Shown: in pieces, positions 35,799 to 45,422 of the stretch
How positions within the stretch are numbered: the stretch's first letter is position 1
Layout of the letters: each line of letters starts with the position of its first letter
DNA from: a phage
DNA: 64,000 nt
Direction: 5' to 3' (one strand)
Sequence record: PZ386966.1
Notes under the pieces: generated by a model
The model's database searches: none
The model's input: only the letters and a program-made list of their open reading frames with translations
Told to the model about the DNA's origin: nothing
Position numbers and translations under genes: made by a program

Positions 35799-37776
35799 AG
35801 GTCGTAAATTGAAAGAGGCTGGTCAGTTTATTGGTCATTGTGCATGTCCACGTTGTGGCTCATCAGATGCTGGTTCAATCTACCATCATGATGATGATTC
35901 TTATTCGATGACTTGCTTTAGTTGTAATAAAGGTTTCCCAGAGTGGGATTTTGATAAAGGACAAATCGTGAGCACTTATTCTACTGGTTCAGATAATAAA
36001 AACCGTACTTTCCGTGGAATGGATTTAGATGACGTAAAAGAAAACCTAGAAGCAATGGACTTGAAAGACAGGAAGATTCCTGCAAAAGTCCTTGAACGTT
36101 TAGGCATCAAGGTTGACATTGATAGTGACGGTGAAATTGACGCACATTTCTACCCAACTTACAAACGCAATGAAGATGGCAAACTAGAACATGTTGGCTA
36201 CCGTGTTCGTCACCGTTACCCAGAAGACCATCCAAAAGAACACCTACGTGGTAAGTTAAAAGACTTTTCAGGTGGTGTTGGAGATATCAAAGGTGAACTG
36301 GCAATGTTCGGTTCATGGATTGCTCCAGAAGGTGGCAACCGTCTATTCATCTGGGAAGGTGAGATGGAATGTGCTACAGCAATCTACATGACTTCTCTGG
36401 CAATTAAAGATAAGTCTCGTCGTAAGAATTACTGTCACGTATCTGTTCCATCAGGTGCAAACATTAAGTCTATCAAAGACAACTATCAGTACATCACATC
36501 ATTTGATGAGATTTACTTGTGCTTTGATAACGATGAAGCAGGTGCTAAAGCTACCAAAGAGGCTGCTGGTATCCTACCTATTGAGAAGGTTCGTTTATTC
36601 CAGTATCCAGAGGGTGTAAAAGACCTTAATGAATGGTGGACAAAGTTCTATAAAGAGAAAGATACAGTTCTGGAAGGATTTAAGCAGCGTATCTACAATG
36701 CACCTCGTTACTGTCCTGCTGGTATCAAGAACTTCGCAGATGGTTTTGAGGCAATGAAGAATCGTGGTCAGATTCCATTGATTCCTTTCCCAGAATCTTT
36801 CGGAGATTTGAACAGACTGACTTATGGTGGTTATGGTCTAGGTGAGATTACAACTCTGGCAGCACCATCTTCAGTGGGTAAATCAGCATACACTCGTGAA
36901 ATGATTTACACAGCTTGGAAAGATACCGATTACAATATTGGTGTAATTCCTGTAGAAGATACCTATGAAGAGTTGATGGAGATGCTCTGTGCAATCCACC
37001 TGAGCAAGCAGATTTCTGAGATTCCTTATGACGAACGTGATTGGGATGAATTGAAGGAAGCACATGCAGAACTGTCTAAAGGTCGTCGTATCCACATCGT
37101 TGACCATCAAGGTGCAATTGACCAAGATAACCTGCTGGAATTTGTTGACTATCTTGTTAATAGTTTAGACTGTAAGATTATTATTCTTGACCCTATTACG
37201 TTGGCTCTGTCACGTTCAGATACGGATGAAGAGGAAGTTTTGTCTGAACTATTGCGTCGTTGCAAACGCTACCAGTATGCACAGGTAAACGTCTGCCACG
37301 TTCGTAAGAGCGCAGGTGGTCAGAAGGCTAACTCTGAAGGTGGGGATATCTCTGAAGAGGATATTAAAGGCTCTGGTGCGTATTTCCAGATTTCTATGAA
37401 CAACATTCTGTTAATGCGTAACAAGGTTGACCCAGACCCTGTTAAGAAAAACTTGACAAAAATCAAGTTAACTAAATGCCGTCGTCATGGCAAGTCAACG
37501 GGTATTGCTGGTCATACTTGGTACAATCCAGATACAGGACGTCTCATTAAAGCATCTGGTTGTGGAGTTGATATTGATGGTGCAGCAGAGAATATTCGCC
37601 AACAGTTTGGCATTGGTGAAGCTGAAGACCATTACGATGACTCTTTGCCACATTATGAGGATGAAGTGTTTGACCGTGAGACTGGTGAAGTCTATACTGA
37701 AGAGCAGCGTCAAAGCTCAACGATTCCACCTGTATTAAGTGAGGATGCAGATGACTGCCCATTCGAAACTGAGTGA
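35785..37776 (+). CDS. primase-helicase (T7 gp4-like)
   Basis: N-terminal zinc finger 'CPRCGSSD...CFSCNKG', TOPRIM-like 'LCFDNDEAGAKAT', helicase Walker A 'APSSVGKSAYT' and Walker B-like 'IIILDPI'. Confidence 0.7.
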   Translation: MLMSKGRKLKEAGQFIGHCACPRCGSSDAGSIYHHDDDSYSMTCFSCNKGFPEWDFDKGQIVSTYSTGSDNKNRTFRGMDLDDVKENLEAMDLKDRKIPAKVLERLGIKVDIDSDGEIDAHFYPTYKRNEDGKLEHVGYRVRHRYPEDHPKEHLRGKLKDFSGGVGDIKGELAMFGSWIAPEGGNRLFIWEGEMECATAIYMTSLAIKDKSRRKNYCHVSVPSGANIKSIKDNYQYITSFDEIYLCFDNDEAGAKATKEAAGILPIEKVRLFQYPEGVKDLNEWWTKFYKEKDTVLEGFKQRIYNAPRYCPAGIKNFADGFEAMKNRGQIPLIPFPESFGDLNRLTYGGYGLGEITTLAAPSSVGKSAYTREMIYTAWKDTDYNIGVIPVEDTYEELMEMLCAIHLSKQISEIPYDERDWDELKEAHAELSKGRRIHIVDHQGAIDQDNLLEFVDYLVNSLDCKIIILDPITLALSRSDTDEEEVLSELLRRCKRYQYAQVNVCHVRKSAGGQKANSEGGDISEEDIKGSGAYFQISMNNILLMRNKVDPDPVKKNLTKIKLTKCRRHGKSTGIAGHTWYNPDTGRLIKASGCGVDIDGAAENIRQQFGIGEAEDHYDDSLPHYEDEVFDRETGEVYTEEQRQSSTIPPVLSEDADDCPFETE

Positions 37777-37846
37777 TAGTTATAAAAGAGAGGGGTTCAC
37801 ACCCTTCTTTGAAGAAAAAAGTTTAAATAAATTTCAGGAAGAGTGT

Positions 37847-37875
37847 TTGACAAAGATTGATAGGTTCTATAGAAT
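37847..37875 (+). promoter_or_regulatory. sigma70-like promoter (TTGACA-N17-TAGAAT)
   Basis: 'ttgaca' 37847-37852, 17-bp spacer, 'tagaat' 37870-37875. Confidence 0.45.
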
Positions 37876-38028
37876 GCTCTACATGAAATGTGATGGAGGC
37901 ATTGAGGTAGAAGAAAAGTTCCATCACAGTATTATCACAGTCACTATTACTATACCTCAGCATAATATTGGTTGGCTGTTTATAATGAAAGAAAATGTGT
38001 TTGAATATCAAGTATATCGGAGAATATC

Positions 38029-38178
38029 ATGAAACACTCTAAAGCATTTGAAAAAGTTTTTGGGGATTCCTTAAAAGCCACTGCTGGAAAACCAGCAAAA
38101 TACTATGAAGAAAAACGTGTAAGAACTGGAAAAACTGCACGTAAAGCAGCCTCTAAAGATAAGCACAACTTCCAGTAA
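38029..38178 (+). CDS. small basic protein (49 aa, not in ORF track)
   Basis: ATG preceded by 'ggaga' RBS; translation 'MKHSKAFEKVFGDSLKATAGKPAKYYEEKRVRTGKTARKAASKDKHNFQ'; downstream of the promoter at 37847. Confidence 0.35.
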   Translation: MKHSKAFEKVFGDSLKATAGKPAKYYEEKRVRTGKTARKAASKDKHNFQ

Positions 38179-38185
38179 TTAGCAT

Positions 38186-38214
38186 TTGACAATAGAGTAT
38201 CAACAAATTAGAAT
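38186..38214 (+). promoter_or_regulatory. sigma70-like promoter (TTGACA-N17-TAGAAT)
   Basis: 'ttgaca' 38186-38191, 17-bp spacer, 'tagaat' 38209-38214; upstream of SSB-like gene. Confidence 0.45.
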
Positions 38215-38250
38215 TGGTACTCTTCATAAATTGAGATAGAGGTTTAAATA

Positions 38251-39108
38251 ATGTCTAAAGTTGTTAAAATGAAAGCTCCGGTAGAGAAGTACAACGGTAC
38301 TGAACGTCAAACTCTGCGTTACCTGCTGAAAGATGTCTGGTTTTATTACCTGAACACTTCACCACGTCCGGGCAAAGGTAAATCTATTGACAAGAAATTC
38401 CCAGGAAAAGATTGTAACTACAGCGTGTCAATTCTGGCAGAAGACGGTAACAAGCTCTTTAAAGAGTTTACTAAGTCTAAGAAGAACCCAGAAGGTTGGG
38501 ATAAAGTTACTACTGAAGCAGTTGATGCAGATGACTTCGAAGAGAAGTTTGGTTGCAAACCACCTTTTGAAGCAGACACTTACTACATCTTGAAAGTAAG
38601 TCGTGCAGCAGCTTATAAAGATGGTGCTGTATGGACAGCTAAACAGTCATTCCCTGTTATGCTTATTGAAGAAGTAAATGGTAAGCGTGTAGCTGTTAAA
38701 CAGCCGATGAAGAAAATTAAAGCTCAAGCATCTGATAAACATGAAGATGACAAGAACTATGATGTAATTCATCCAGATATTGCAGTTGGTAACGGTTCTT
38801 TTGGTAGTGTGATTCTTTCTACTCACTTCTACACTTTTGAGAACAATGTTCTGACAAAACCTATTCAGGAACAGTTTATCATTGATACTCTTGTACCTTA
38901 CACTGGTGGTAACGGTGCTAACGGCGAACCTGAACTGGATGAAGACGAACTGGCTATGCTTGGTCTTGATGGTGTCGAAGATAACGGTGAAATCACTGAA
39001 GAAGACGCAACAGACCATAAATCTTCGAATGAGTCTGATGATGGTGATGATGAAGATTTGCCAGACCCAGATGACGAAGAAGATGAAGACTTCGATACAG
39101 AAGACTAA
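38251..39108 (+). CDS. single-stranded DNA-binding protein (T7 gp2.5-like)
   Basis: Strongly acidic C-terminal tail ending 'DEEDEDFDTED'; position next to primase-helicase and exonuclease. Confidence 0.45.
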   Translation: MSKVVKMKAPVEKYNGTERQTLRYLLKDVWFYYLNTSPRPGKGKSIDKKFPGKDCNYSVSILAEDGNKLFKEFTKSKKNPEGWDKVTTEAVDADDFEEKFGCKPPFEADTYYILKVSRAAAYKDGAVWTAKQSFPVMLIEEVNGKRVAVKQPMKKIKAQASDKHEDDKNYDVIHPDIAVGNGSFGSVILSTHFYTFENNVLTKPIQEQFIIDTLVPYTGGNGANGEPELDEDELAMLGLDGVEDNGEITEEDATDHKSSNESDDGDDEDLPDPDDEEDEDFDTED

Positions 39109-39126
39109 TCTCTAAAAGTTACTTTA

Positions 39127-39155
39127 AAGCCCTGTACTTAGTATGGGGCTTTTTC
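39127..39155 (+). terminator. rho-independent terminator candidate
   Basis: Hairpin 'aagccct...ggggctt' followed by 'tttt'. Confidence 0.4.
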
Positions 39156-39170
39156 ATATGGAGAGCCATA

Positions 39171-40217
39171 ATGGAGAAGTACACATTAACAAAACTTCCC
39201 GATTCAGTTACACATGTTTTTATTGACTCTGACAGTATTGCCTATAAAGGTGCTTGTGTAGTTGAGAAAGCAAAATATAAATATGTCAATAAACTCACAG
39301 CAGAAGAATCTGAACCATTTGATAATGCGAAAGATGCTGCAAGATGGTTAGCAGACCAGAGAATCCTTGTGGAAGAACTTGGCCTGACATTTGATGAAGA
39401 TGAATGGGAAAGACAAACTTGGAAAGAAGCTAAGAGTGAAAAAGAAGCTATCATGGCTACTCAACAGGTGCTTCAGGAATGGCTTAAGGTGGTTGGTAAA
39501 GAGAGAACTTGGGTAGGTTATTTAACAGAGAAAGGTGTGCATAAACATAAAGACATTAAAGGTCTTGAGCACCAATATCAAGGGAACCGTAAAGATGCTG
39601 TCACACCAACACACTTAGTCGCTTGTCGTGAATATCTTCTGTCAAGACCAGAGTTCAAATTGATTCTTGATGGATTTGAAGCTGACTCTATCGTTATCGC
39701 TAAAGCTGAAAAGATGGGAAAAAAGGCTGCCTTAATGAGTATTGATAAAGACCTTCGCCAAGCTGAAGGTACTTACTGCATTGATATGACCTATGAAAAA
39801 TCACCTTTAATTTTCATTGCTGATAACAACGTTGGTGAAATTTGGGATTGTCCAATAAAATCGACACCAAAAACTAAGAAGACAGTTGGTGTAGGTTTTA
39901 AATTTCTTTGTTATCAAGCTGTGGCTGGTGATAATGCGGATAATTACTTTGGTTTAAAGGGTGTTGGCAAAGCTGCTGTGATGAAGGCTCTTGAAGGGAA
40001 AACAACTTACAAAGAGTGCCTTGATGCAATTTACGAGCTATATGCTAAGAAAGACTCCTACACTTATGTATCATGGGATGGTCAAACAATTACCAGAACA
40101 CCTTTAGAATTAATGCAGCAACACTTTTTCTTAGCTTATCAGGAAAGAAATAAGAAAGACGATTTTACTTTTGATAAGTATGGGTGGACACCAAATGTTA
40201 ACTCAACAAACTCTTAA
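39171..40217 (+). CDS. 5'-3' exonuclease / flap endonuclease
   Basis: H3TH-like 'VAGDNADNYFGLKGVGKAAVMKAL'; acidic N-terminal 'FIDSDSIAYK'. Confidence 0.55.
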   Translation: MEKYTLTKLPDSVTHVFIDSDSIAYKGACVVEKAKYKYVNKLTAEESEPFDNAKDAARWLADQRILVEELGLTFDEDEWERQTWKEAKSEKEAIMATQQVLQEWLKVVGKERTWVGYLTEKGVHKHKDIKGLEHQYQGNRKDAVTPTHLVACREYLLSRPEFKLILDGFEADSIVIAKAEKMGKKAALMSIDKDLRQAEGTYCIDMTYEKSPLIFIADNNVGEIWDCPIKSTPKTKKTVGVGFKFLCYQAVAGDNADNYFGLKGVGKAAVMKALEGKTTYKECLDAIYELYAKKDSYTYVSWDGQTITRTPLELMQQHFFLAYQERNKKDDFTFDKYGWTPNVNSTNS

Positions 40218-40695
40218 AGAGTACCTGCGCTATGACCCCGAAACAGGGGTCTTTACTTGGTTAGTTGATAGAAAAGGTAAGGCCAAAGCTGGCTCAGTAG
40301 CAGGTTTGAAACACCATAGCGGTTATATCTATATAAAACTCTTCGGGAAAAGATACGCAGCACACAGACTGGCATTCTTGTATATGAAAGGATACCTCCC
40401 AAAATTTGTTGACCATAAGAATGGTATCAGGCACGACAACTGGTTCGACAATTTGAGAGAGTGTAGCAGGTCAGACAATAACTGTAATGCAGTCAAAAGA
40501 AGAGATAATAAATCTGGTGTGAAGGGTGTATATTACCACAAGCAAAGGGGTAGATGGGCTGCACAAGTCAAGCATAATAAAGTTTGCTATCATCTAGGTT
40601 TATTTGACTCTATCGCTGAGGCTGAATCAGTTGTCAAAAAGAAAAGAGAAGAACTCCATAGAGAGTTTACAAATCACGGAGAAGCTTATGAATGA
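40171..40695 (+). CDS. HNH homing endonuclease with AP2 DNA-binding domain
   Basis: 'YDPETGVFTW' N-terminal motif, HNH_3-like 'VDHKNGIRHDNWFDNLRECSRSDN', AP2-like 'SGVKGVYYHKQRGRWAAQV'; overlaps end of exonuclease gene. Confidence 0.6.
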   Translation: MISMGGHQMLTQQTLKEYLRYDPETGVFTWLVDRKGKAKAGSVAGLKHHSGYIYIKLFGKRYAAHRLAFLYMKGYLPKFVDHKNGIRHDNWFDNLRECSRSDNNCNAVKRRDNKSGVKGVYYHKQRGRWAAQVKHNKVCYHLGLFDSIAEAESVVKKKREELHREFTNHGEAYE

Positions 40696-41192
40696 TTAAA
40701 GTTAAAGGTTTTGGGAGTTGTCCAACTTATGGACATTGGGTTTCACTATGTGGTGAAGTTGACCCAGCAAAGCACTTTGGTTTTGTCTACCTAGTGTACT
40801 GCAAAAAGACTGGACAGTACTATTTGGGTAAGAAACAGCTTAATAGCGTAACCAAAAGAAAAGTTGCTGGCAAGACTCGGAAGAAGATAGTCACTAAGGA
40901 AAGTGATTGGATGACTTACGAGACTTCTTCTGAGTATATTAAAAAAGATATTGAGAGCTTTGGAAAAGAATTTTTTGACTTTTACATTATCCAAACCTAC
41001 TACACAAAAGGTGGTCTAGTTTATGGTGAAGCAAACCTTCAACATAAGTTCGATGTGATGACAAAAAGGATTGACTCGAAGCTCAGACTCTTCTACAATG
41101 CCAATATTGCAGCAATTAAGTTTATTACTAAAGAAACTTATGAAGATGCTGAAAAAAGAATCCATAAGGTAATGAAAGCAAATCGTGCTTGA
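40692..41192 (+). CDS. GIY-YIG-like nuclease (putative)
   Basis: 'FGFVYLVYCKKTGQYYLGKK' resembles the GIY...YIG core; remainder not recognisably conserved. Confidence 0.3.
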   Translation: MIKVKGFGSCPTYGHWVSLCGEVDPAKHFGFVYLVYCKKTGQYYLGKKQLNSVTKRKVAGKTRKKIVTKESDWMTYETSSEYIKKDIESFGKEFFDFYIIQTYYTKGGLVYGEANLQHKFDVMTKRIDSKLRLFYNANIAAIKFITKETYEDAEKRIHKVMKANRA

Positions 41193-41198
41193 TAACTA

Positions 41199-41462
41199 TT
41201 GAGAGAGAATAAAATGTTTAACAAAAGTAAAGCTGTGAGTCATGTAGCAAAAGTTGACAGCAAGATTGAAGAACTTGAGCGCATCCTTGCAAATGCTAGA
41301 GAGTCAATAATTAAAGAAGTTGAAGCTGTTGAGTCTCAAATGCAGCACCTAATGCTTAAGCGTCAAGAGCTACGTGAGCATCTAGAATATATTGAAACAC
41401 GAGAGCTAAAGGTTAACAAATATTTTAAGGAGTCCGAATGTTTAACTCAAGAGAATCAGTAA
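41199..41462 (+). CDS. hypothetical coiled-coil protein
   Basis: 87 aa. Confidence 0.3.
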   Translation: MRENKMFNKSKAVSHVAKVDSKIEELERILANARESIIKEVEAVESQMQHLMLKRQELREHLEYIETRELKVNKYFKESECLTQENQ

Positions 41463-42193
41463 AAAACTGGAACCTTCGTTGTGGAAACACTCAAAAGCAA
41501 CCTTACAGTAATGAGTATTGGGAATCTTTAAAATCTCAATCTCTGTGTATGCTTGAAGAAGCAAAAGAGCTTGTAAAAGCAATTGAAGAGAAAGACCCCA
41601 TTGAGACACTGGATGCTCAGGCAGATTTGCAATATGTTCTTGACGGCTTGATTTATCTGTCACAACATGACCATAACGGTGCTATGAAAGCTGTTTGCCA
41701 TAATAATGACCTGAAGTACACAGATGACTATGAAGAAGCTTTAAAACGTCTTGCAGACATTGAAAAGCGTACTGGTCAAGAGTGTATTATCAGAATGTCA
41801 GTAGTTGATGGTAAAGAGTGGTATGCTATTGTTCGTGCAGCCGATGGGAAGATTATGAAGCAATCAAATCTCCCTAAAGTACAGCTTGGTGAATACATTG
41901 TAGAACTTGAAAGCCAAGAACTTTTTGTGGTAGTATCTGAGACATGCGTTATCTGCAAAGGTATTGTAGGTAGCTTAAAGGATTTGGGTGTAGATGGTTT
42001 TGTAGAAGTTAATCCAATTACCTCTAAAGCAGATAAAGACTTCTGTAAAGAGAATGGACTATGGATTGCAGATATTGTCTACTATGATGGTGAGCAGTTC
42101 CATGTAACCTCATACCCGAAACTGAATTATGATGCTAATAACCTGAAGTGCTGGTTAAAAGGGGTTGGTTATAATGGATTCACAGAACATTAA
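41438..42193 (+). CDS. MazG/HisE-like all-alpha NTP pyrophosphohydrolase domain protein
   Basis: 'LCMLEEAKELVKAIEE...LDAQADLQYVLDGLIYL' resembles the EExxE / A-D-L-L-Y helix pair of MazG-type NTP-PPases; C-terminal 150 aa unknown. Confidence 0.35.
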   Translation: MFNSRESVKNWNLRCGNTQKQPYSNEYWESLKSQSLCMLEEAKELVKAIEEKDPIETLDAQADLQYVLDGLIYLSQHDHNGAMKAVCHNNDLKYTDDYEEALKRLADIEKRTGQECIIRMSVVDGKEWYAIVRAADGKIMKQSNLPKVQLGEYIVELESQELFVVVSETCVICKGIVGSLKDLGVDGFVEVNPITSKADKDFCKENGLWIADIVYYDGEQFHVTSYPKLNYDANNLKCWLKGVGYNGFTEH

Positions 42194-42497
42194 TAAAGAG
42201 GGTGTGGCTCAGAAGAGCCACTTCTCAAACTACAATATTTCTATGACGGTGTTTATGAATGACCCGTTACTTGAAAAGTATGGTGAGACTCCAGATACAC
42301 TTCTGGATAATGAACAAGTTTTAAAAGCAGTCCTGTACAAATACGGGATTGACATTGAGAAAGAGTATTCTTTTGAAATATGCCAACACAGGAATACTTT
42401 TGGTAAAGTTGTGATGGCTCCACTTTTTATGGGTGTAGAAAGGACTGACTACGGTTGGTTATATCTAAAAAGAAACTTGGAGAAATACCGTGTCTAA
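42165..42497 (+). CDS. hypothetical protein
   Basis: 110 aa. Confidence 0.3.
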   Translation: MVIMDSQNINKEGVAQKSHFSNYNISMTVFMNDPLLEKYGETPDTLLDNEQVLKAVLYKYGIDIEKEYSFEICQHRNTFGKVVMAPLFMGVERTDYGWLYLKRNLEKYRV

Positions 42498-42828
42498 AGC
42501 AAAAAAGCTATCTTATGATGACATTATCTCAGGTGTTAAGTTAGGTGTTGACAGCATCGGACAAGACGTTAAGCACGGAGACACAGTTATGTACTGTGAT
42601 GACCGAAGAGGGAGAAGTGCAATCTTGTTTGGAAGAATTGTTTGCAAGATGCGAGGTAATTACGTTGTTGCAGACATGGATGTGAACGTTACACAAAAAC
42701 TTGAAACAATTACGGATAATAATACATCATCATGGTTCTCCCTGAACTGTATGCACACTTCTTCAGTCACAAAAGTAAGTGATAAGTTTTACGATATGTG
42801 GCAGAATGAGCAAATTTTCAAGATTTAA
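42490..42828 (+). CDS. hypothetical protein
   Basis: 112 aa. Confidence 0.3.
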   Translation: MSKAKKLSYDDIISGVKLGVDSIGQDVKHGDTVMYCDDRRGRSAILFGRIVCKMRGNYVVADMDVNVTQKLETITDNNTSSWFSLNCMHTSSVTKVSDKFYDMWQNEQIFKI

Positions 42829-42834
42829 ACTAGG

Positions 42835-42857
42835 GAGCCTCTTCGGAGGCTCTTTTC
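42835..42857 (+). terminator. rho-independent terminator (UUCG tetraloop)
   Basis: 'gagcctc ttcg gaggctc' plus 'ttttc'. Confidence 0.55.
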
Positions 42858-42874
42858 ATCTGTAGGATTCGAAA

Positions 42875-45109
42875 ATGATTAAGACAATTAAAAAATCAAA
42901 TGGTACAGTAGTAAGCTTTGACCCAGAAAGACCGAATAAGTGGGCGTCATGGGCAGATAAACATGGAATTATCTGGTCAGAAGTCACTATGGAAGCTGTG
43001 AAACGTGTTTATGAAGGATGCACCACAAAAGAGATGCACCAAGCCATGATTGATGTTTGTGTTGATAAACAAACTCAAGAGTACTCAGAGATGGCTGGAC
43101 GGCTACTTTTGGGTATCATCTACAAAGAAGCCTTTGGAGGCTTTACTAAGGTTCCTACGCTGGTTACCTTTGTTAAAAATATGGAGAGAGCAGGACTTTG
43201 GGAGAAGATGGATTATTCACAGGAAGAGCTTGAATACCTGCAAGGTTACATCGTACACTCAAAAGATATCTCTTACGGTTATGCAGTCTTGAAACAGTTC
43301 AGAGACAAGTATGGTATCCGTGATATTAAAACTGGAAGACTTTTTGAGTCACCACAGTTTATGTTTATGGGTATGGCTATGAAAGCCTTTGAGAAGCAAC
43401 CAAAGCACCGTAGACTGCAAGATGTTATCAAGCTGTACACTTACCTGTCTGACCTGAAGATTAATGCTCCTACACCTTATTTAAACGGTTTAAGAGCCAC
43501 CAAGTCAGGCTATGCGTCATGCTGTTTGATTAAGGCAAATGATACTGCTGAGTCCCTCGGTATTGCTGCAAAGGTTGCTTATGATATGACCACAAAGCAA
43601 GCTGGTATTGGTATGCTGATGGAGACACGTACCATTGGTGATGGTATCCGTCAAAATACGATTGAGCACATGGGTAAACTACCTTATTACAAGCTTGTAC
43701 GCTCATCTGTAGAGGCAAACAAACAGAAGAGTCGTGGTGGTTCAGCTAATAACTTCTACACTGCTCTAGACCCGCAGATTGAAGATTTACTGCGTTTGAA
43801 GCACCCTACAACGGTTCCTTCTAAACGTATTAATGAGATGGACTACTCATTCGGCACAAACGATTATTTCTGGCAGTGTGTTCAGTATGATACAGATTGG
43901 TTGCTATTCTCTTACAAAGATGCACCAAAACTCTATGACATGTTCTACACAGCATCTGCTGATGAGTTTGCTATGGCAGTTGGTCACGCAGTACATTCAG
44001 GAGTTAAGCACAGACGAGTCAAGGCTCGTGAAATTGCTAAGCTGTTTATTCAGCAGCGTTATGCTACAGGTCGTGTGTATCCATTCTTCACTAACAATGC
44101 AAACACACATACACCATTTAAAGAGCCTTTGAAGATGTCAAATCTTTGTATGGAAATTGTGTTGCCAGTGTATGGTTTTGAGAAAGAGACAGACCTTTAC
44201 AGAGATGATGCTGTGAAAGAGGATGGTGAGGTGGCTCTTTGCTTCCTAGCTAGTTTGGTTGCAGGGAGAATTTCAGAAGATGAATACGCTGACGTTGCTT
44301 ATTATGCTCTTGCAATGGTTGACTCCGTTATTGACCTTATGGATTATCCGTATCCGTCGATGCGTAACCATGTTCAGAAGCGTCGTTCTGTTGGGATTGG
44401 CCTTACAAATGTGGCTCATTACCTTGCGAAGAACTATGTGAACTACTCTTCACGAGCAGGTAAGACGAAGCTTCATGAACTTGCAGAGATGCACTCTTAC
44501 TATCTGCATGAAGCCTCTCTGAGACTGGCTAAAGAGCGTGGTGTTCCAGAATACATGAAGTTCACTAAGTATCCTGAAGGCTGGGTTCCTCCAAAGACAG
44601 CTAACAAGAAAATTGATGAAAAGCATGATGCAAAACTACGATATGATTGGGATGACTTAGCACAACGTATCAAAGAAAATGGTGGAATCCGAAACTCTGT
44701 ATTAGAAGCTTACATGCCTAATGAGAGTTCTTCACTAGCAACTAATACGACAAATGGCTTGTATCCAATTCGTGACTTTATTTTAACTAAAAAGTCTGCA
44801 ACTGGTAACGTACTGTTTATTGTTCCAGATTATGAAGAGTTGAAGTATGTCTATGAAATTGCTTGGGATATTGACACCTTTGATATGATTGATTGTTATG
44901 CAATTGTTCAAAAGTTCACTGGTCAAGCTATCTCTTCAGACTTCTATGTTGACTATGCAAAGTCTAAGAAGGTATCATTGTCTCAAGCTTTGAAGTACAT
45001 GATTTATGCCAACTCGGTAGGTATGAAAACCATGTACTACCTTAACAGTCGCATTGGTGTAGGTAAATCTGCACTGCAAGATGCTTATTGCGAGGGTTGT
45101 GGTGTTTAG
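42875..45109 (+). CDS. nrdA: ribonucleotide reductase class I large subunit
   Basis: 744 aa; catalytic 'NLCMEIVL' (N-C-E triad region); C-terminal Cys pair 'CEGCGV'; followed by nrdB. Confidence 0.75.
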   Translation: MIKTIKKSNGTVVSFDPERPNKWASWADKHGIIWSEVTMEAVKRVYEGCTTKEMHQAMIDVCVDKQTQEYSEMAGRLLLGIIYKEAFGGFTKVPTLVTFVKNMERAGLWEKMDYSQEELEYLQGYIVHSKDISYGYAVLKQFRDKYGIRDIKTGRLFESPQFMFMGMAMKAFEKQPKHRRLQDVIKLYTYLSDLKINAPTPYLNGLRATKSGYASCCLIKANDTAESLGIAAKVAYDMTTKQAGIGMLMETRTIGDGIRQNTIEHMGKLPYYKLVRSSVEANKQKSRGGSANNFYTALDPQIEDLLRLKHPTTVPSKRINEMDYSFGTNDYFWQCVQYDTDWLLFSYKDAPKLYDMFYTASADEFAMAVGHAVHSGVKHRRVKAREIAKLFIQQRYATGRVYPFFTNNANTHTPFKEPLKMSNLCMEIVLPVYGFEKETDLYRDDAVKEDGEVALCFLASLVAGRISEDEYADVAYYALAMVDSVIDLMDYPYPSMRNHVQKRRSVGIGLTNVAHYLAKNYVNYSSRAGKTKLHELAEMHSYYLHEASLRLAKERGVPEYMKFTKYPEGWVPPKTANKKIDEKHDAKLRYDWDDLAQRIKENGGIRNSVLEAYMPNESSSLATNTTNGLYPIRDFILTKKSATGNVLFIVPDYEELKYVYEIAWDIDTFDMIDCYAIVQKFTGQAISSDFYVDYAKSKKVSLSQALKYMIYANSVGMKTMYYLNSRIGVGKSALQDAYCEGCGV

Positions 45110-45422
45110 TTTTAACAACTATGAGGGTCGTAAAAGACCCTCTAAAAATAACTTTGGAGAGACCATGAAAGATTTAATAGAAAAACATGAGCGACCTATA
45201 TACTTGCTCCACAAGCCTCGGAAAACGATGTACTATGTGAGTAGCACAGACATGATGATAAAACAAAATGATGACTCATGGGTTGCTGGTATCTCTTACA
45301 TCTCTACAGCAGATGGTAAAATCTACGCAAGACCTTATGAGATGTTTAACAAAGAAAATTGGGAAGTTTTAGACAGAAAACAAGCCTTAGAAATGATAAA
45401 GAAAGGAGAAATCACGCTATGA
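45081..45422 (+). CDS. hypothetical protein
   Basis: 113 aa ORF between nrdA and nrdB. Confidence 0.3.
   Translation: MLIARVVVFSFNNYEGRKRPSKNNFGETMKDLIEKHERPIYLLHKPRKTMYYVSSTDMMIKQNDDSWVAGISYISTADGKIYARPYEMFNKENWEVLDRKQALEMIKKGEITL

Noticed and set aside
37785-37805. tRNA-like T-arm 'gagggGTTCACAccctt'
   Set aside because: No matching acceptor stem, D-arm or anticodon arm; the required upstream 50 nt lie in the primase-helicase coding sequence.
37739-38032. 97 aa track ORF overlapping the 3' end of primase-helicase
   Set aside because: Spans an intergenic region containing a TTGACA-N17-TAGAAT promoter; the alternative is the promoter plus a short RBS-preceded ORF at 38029-38178.
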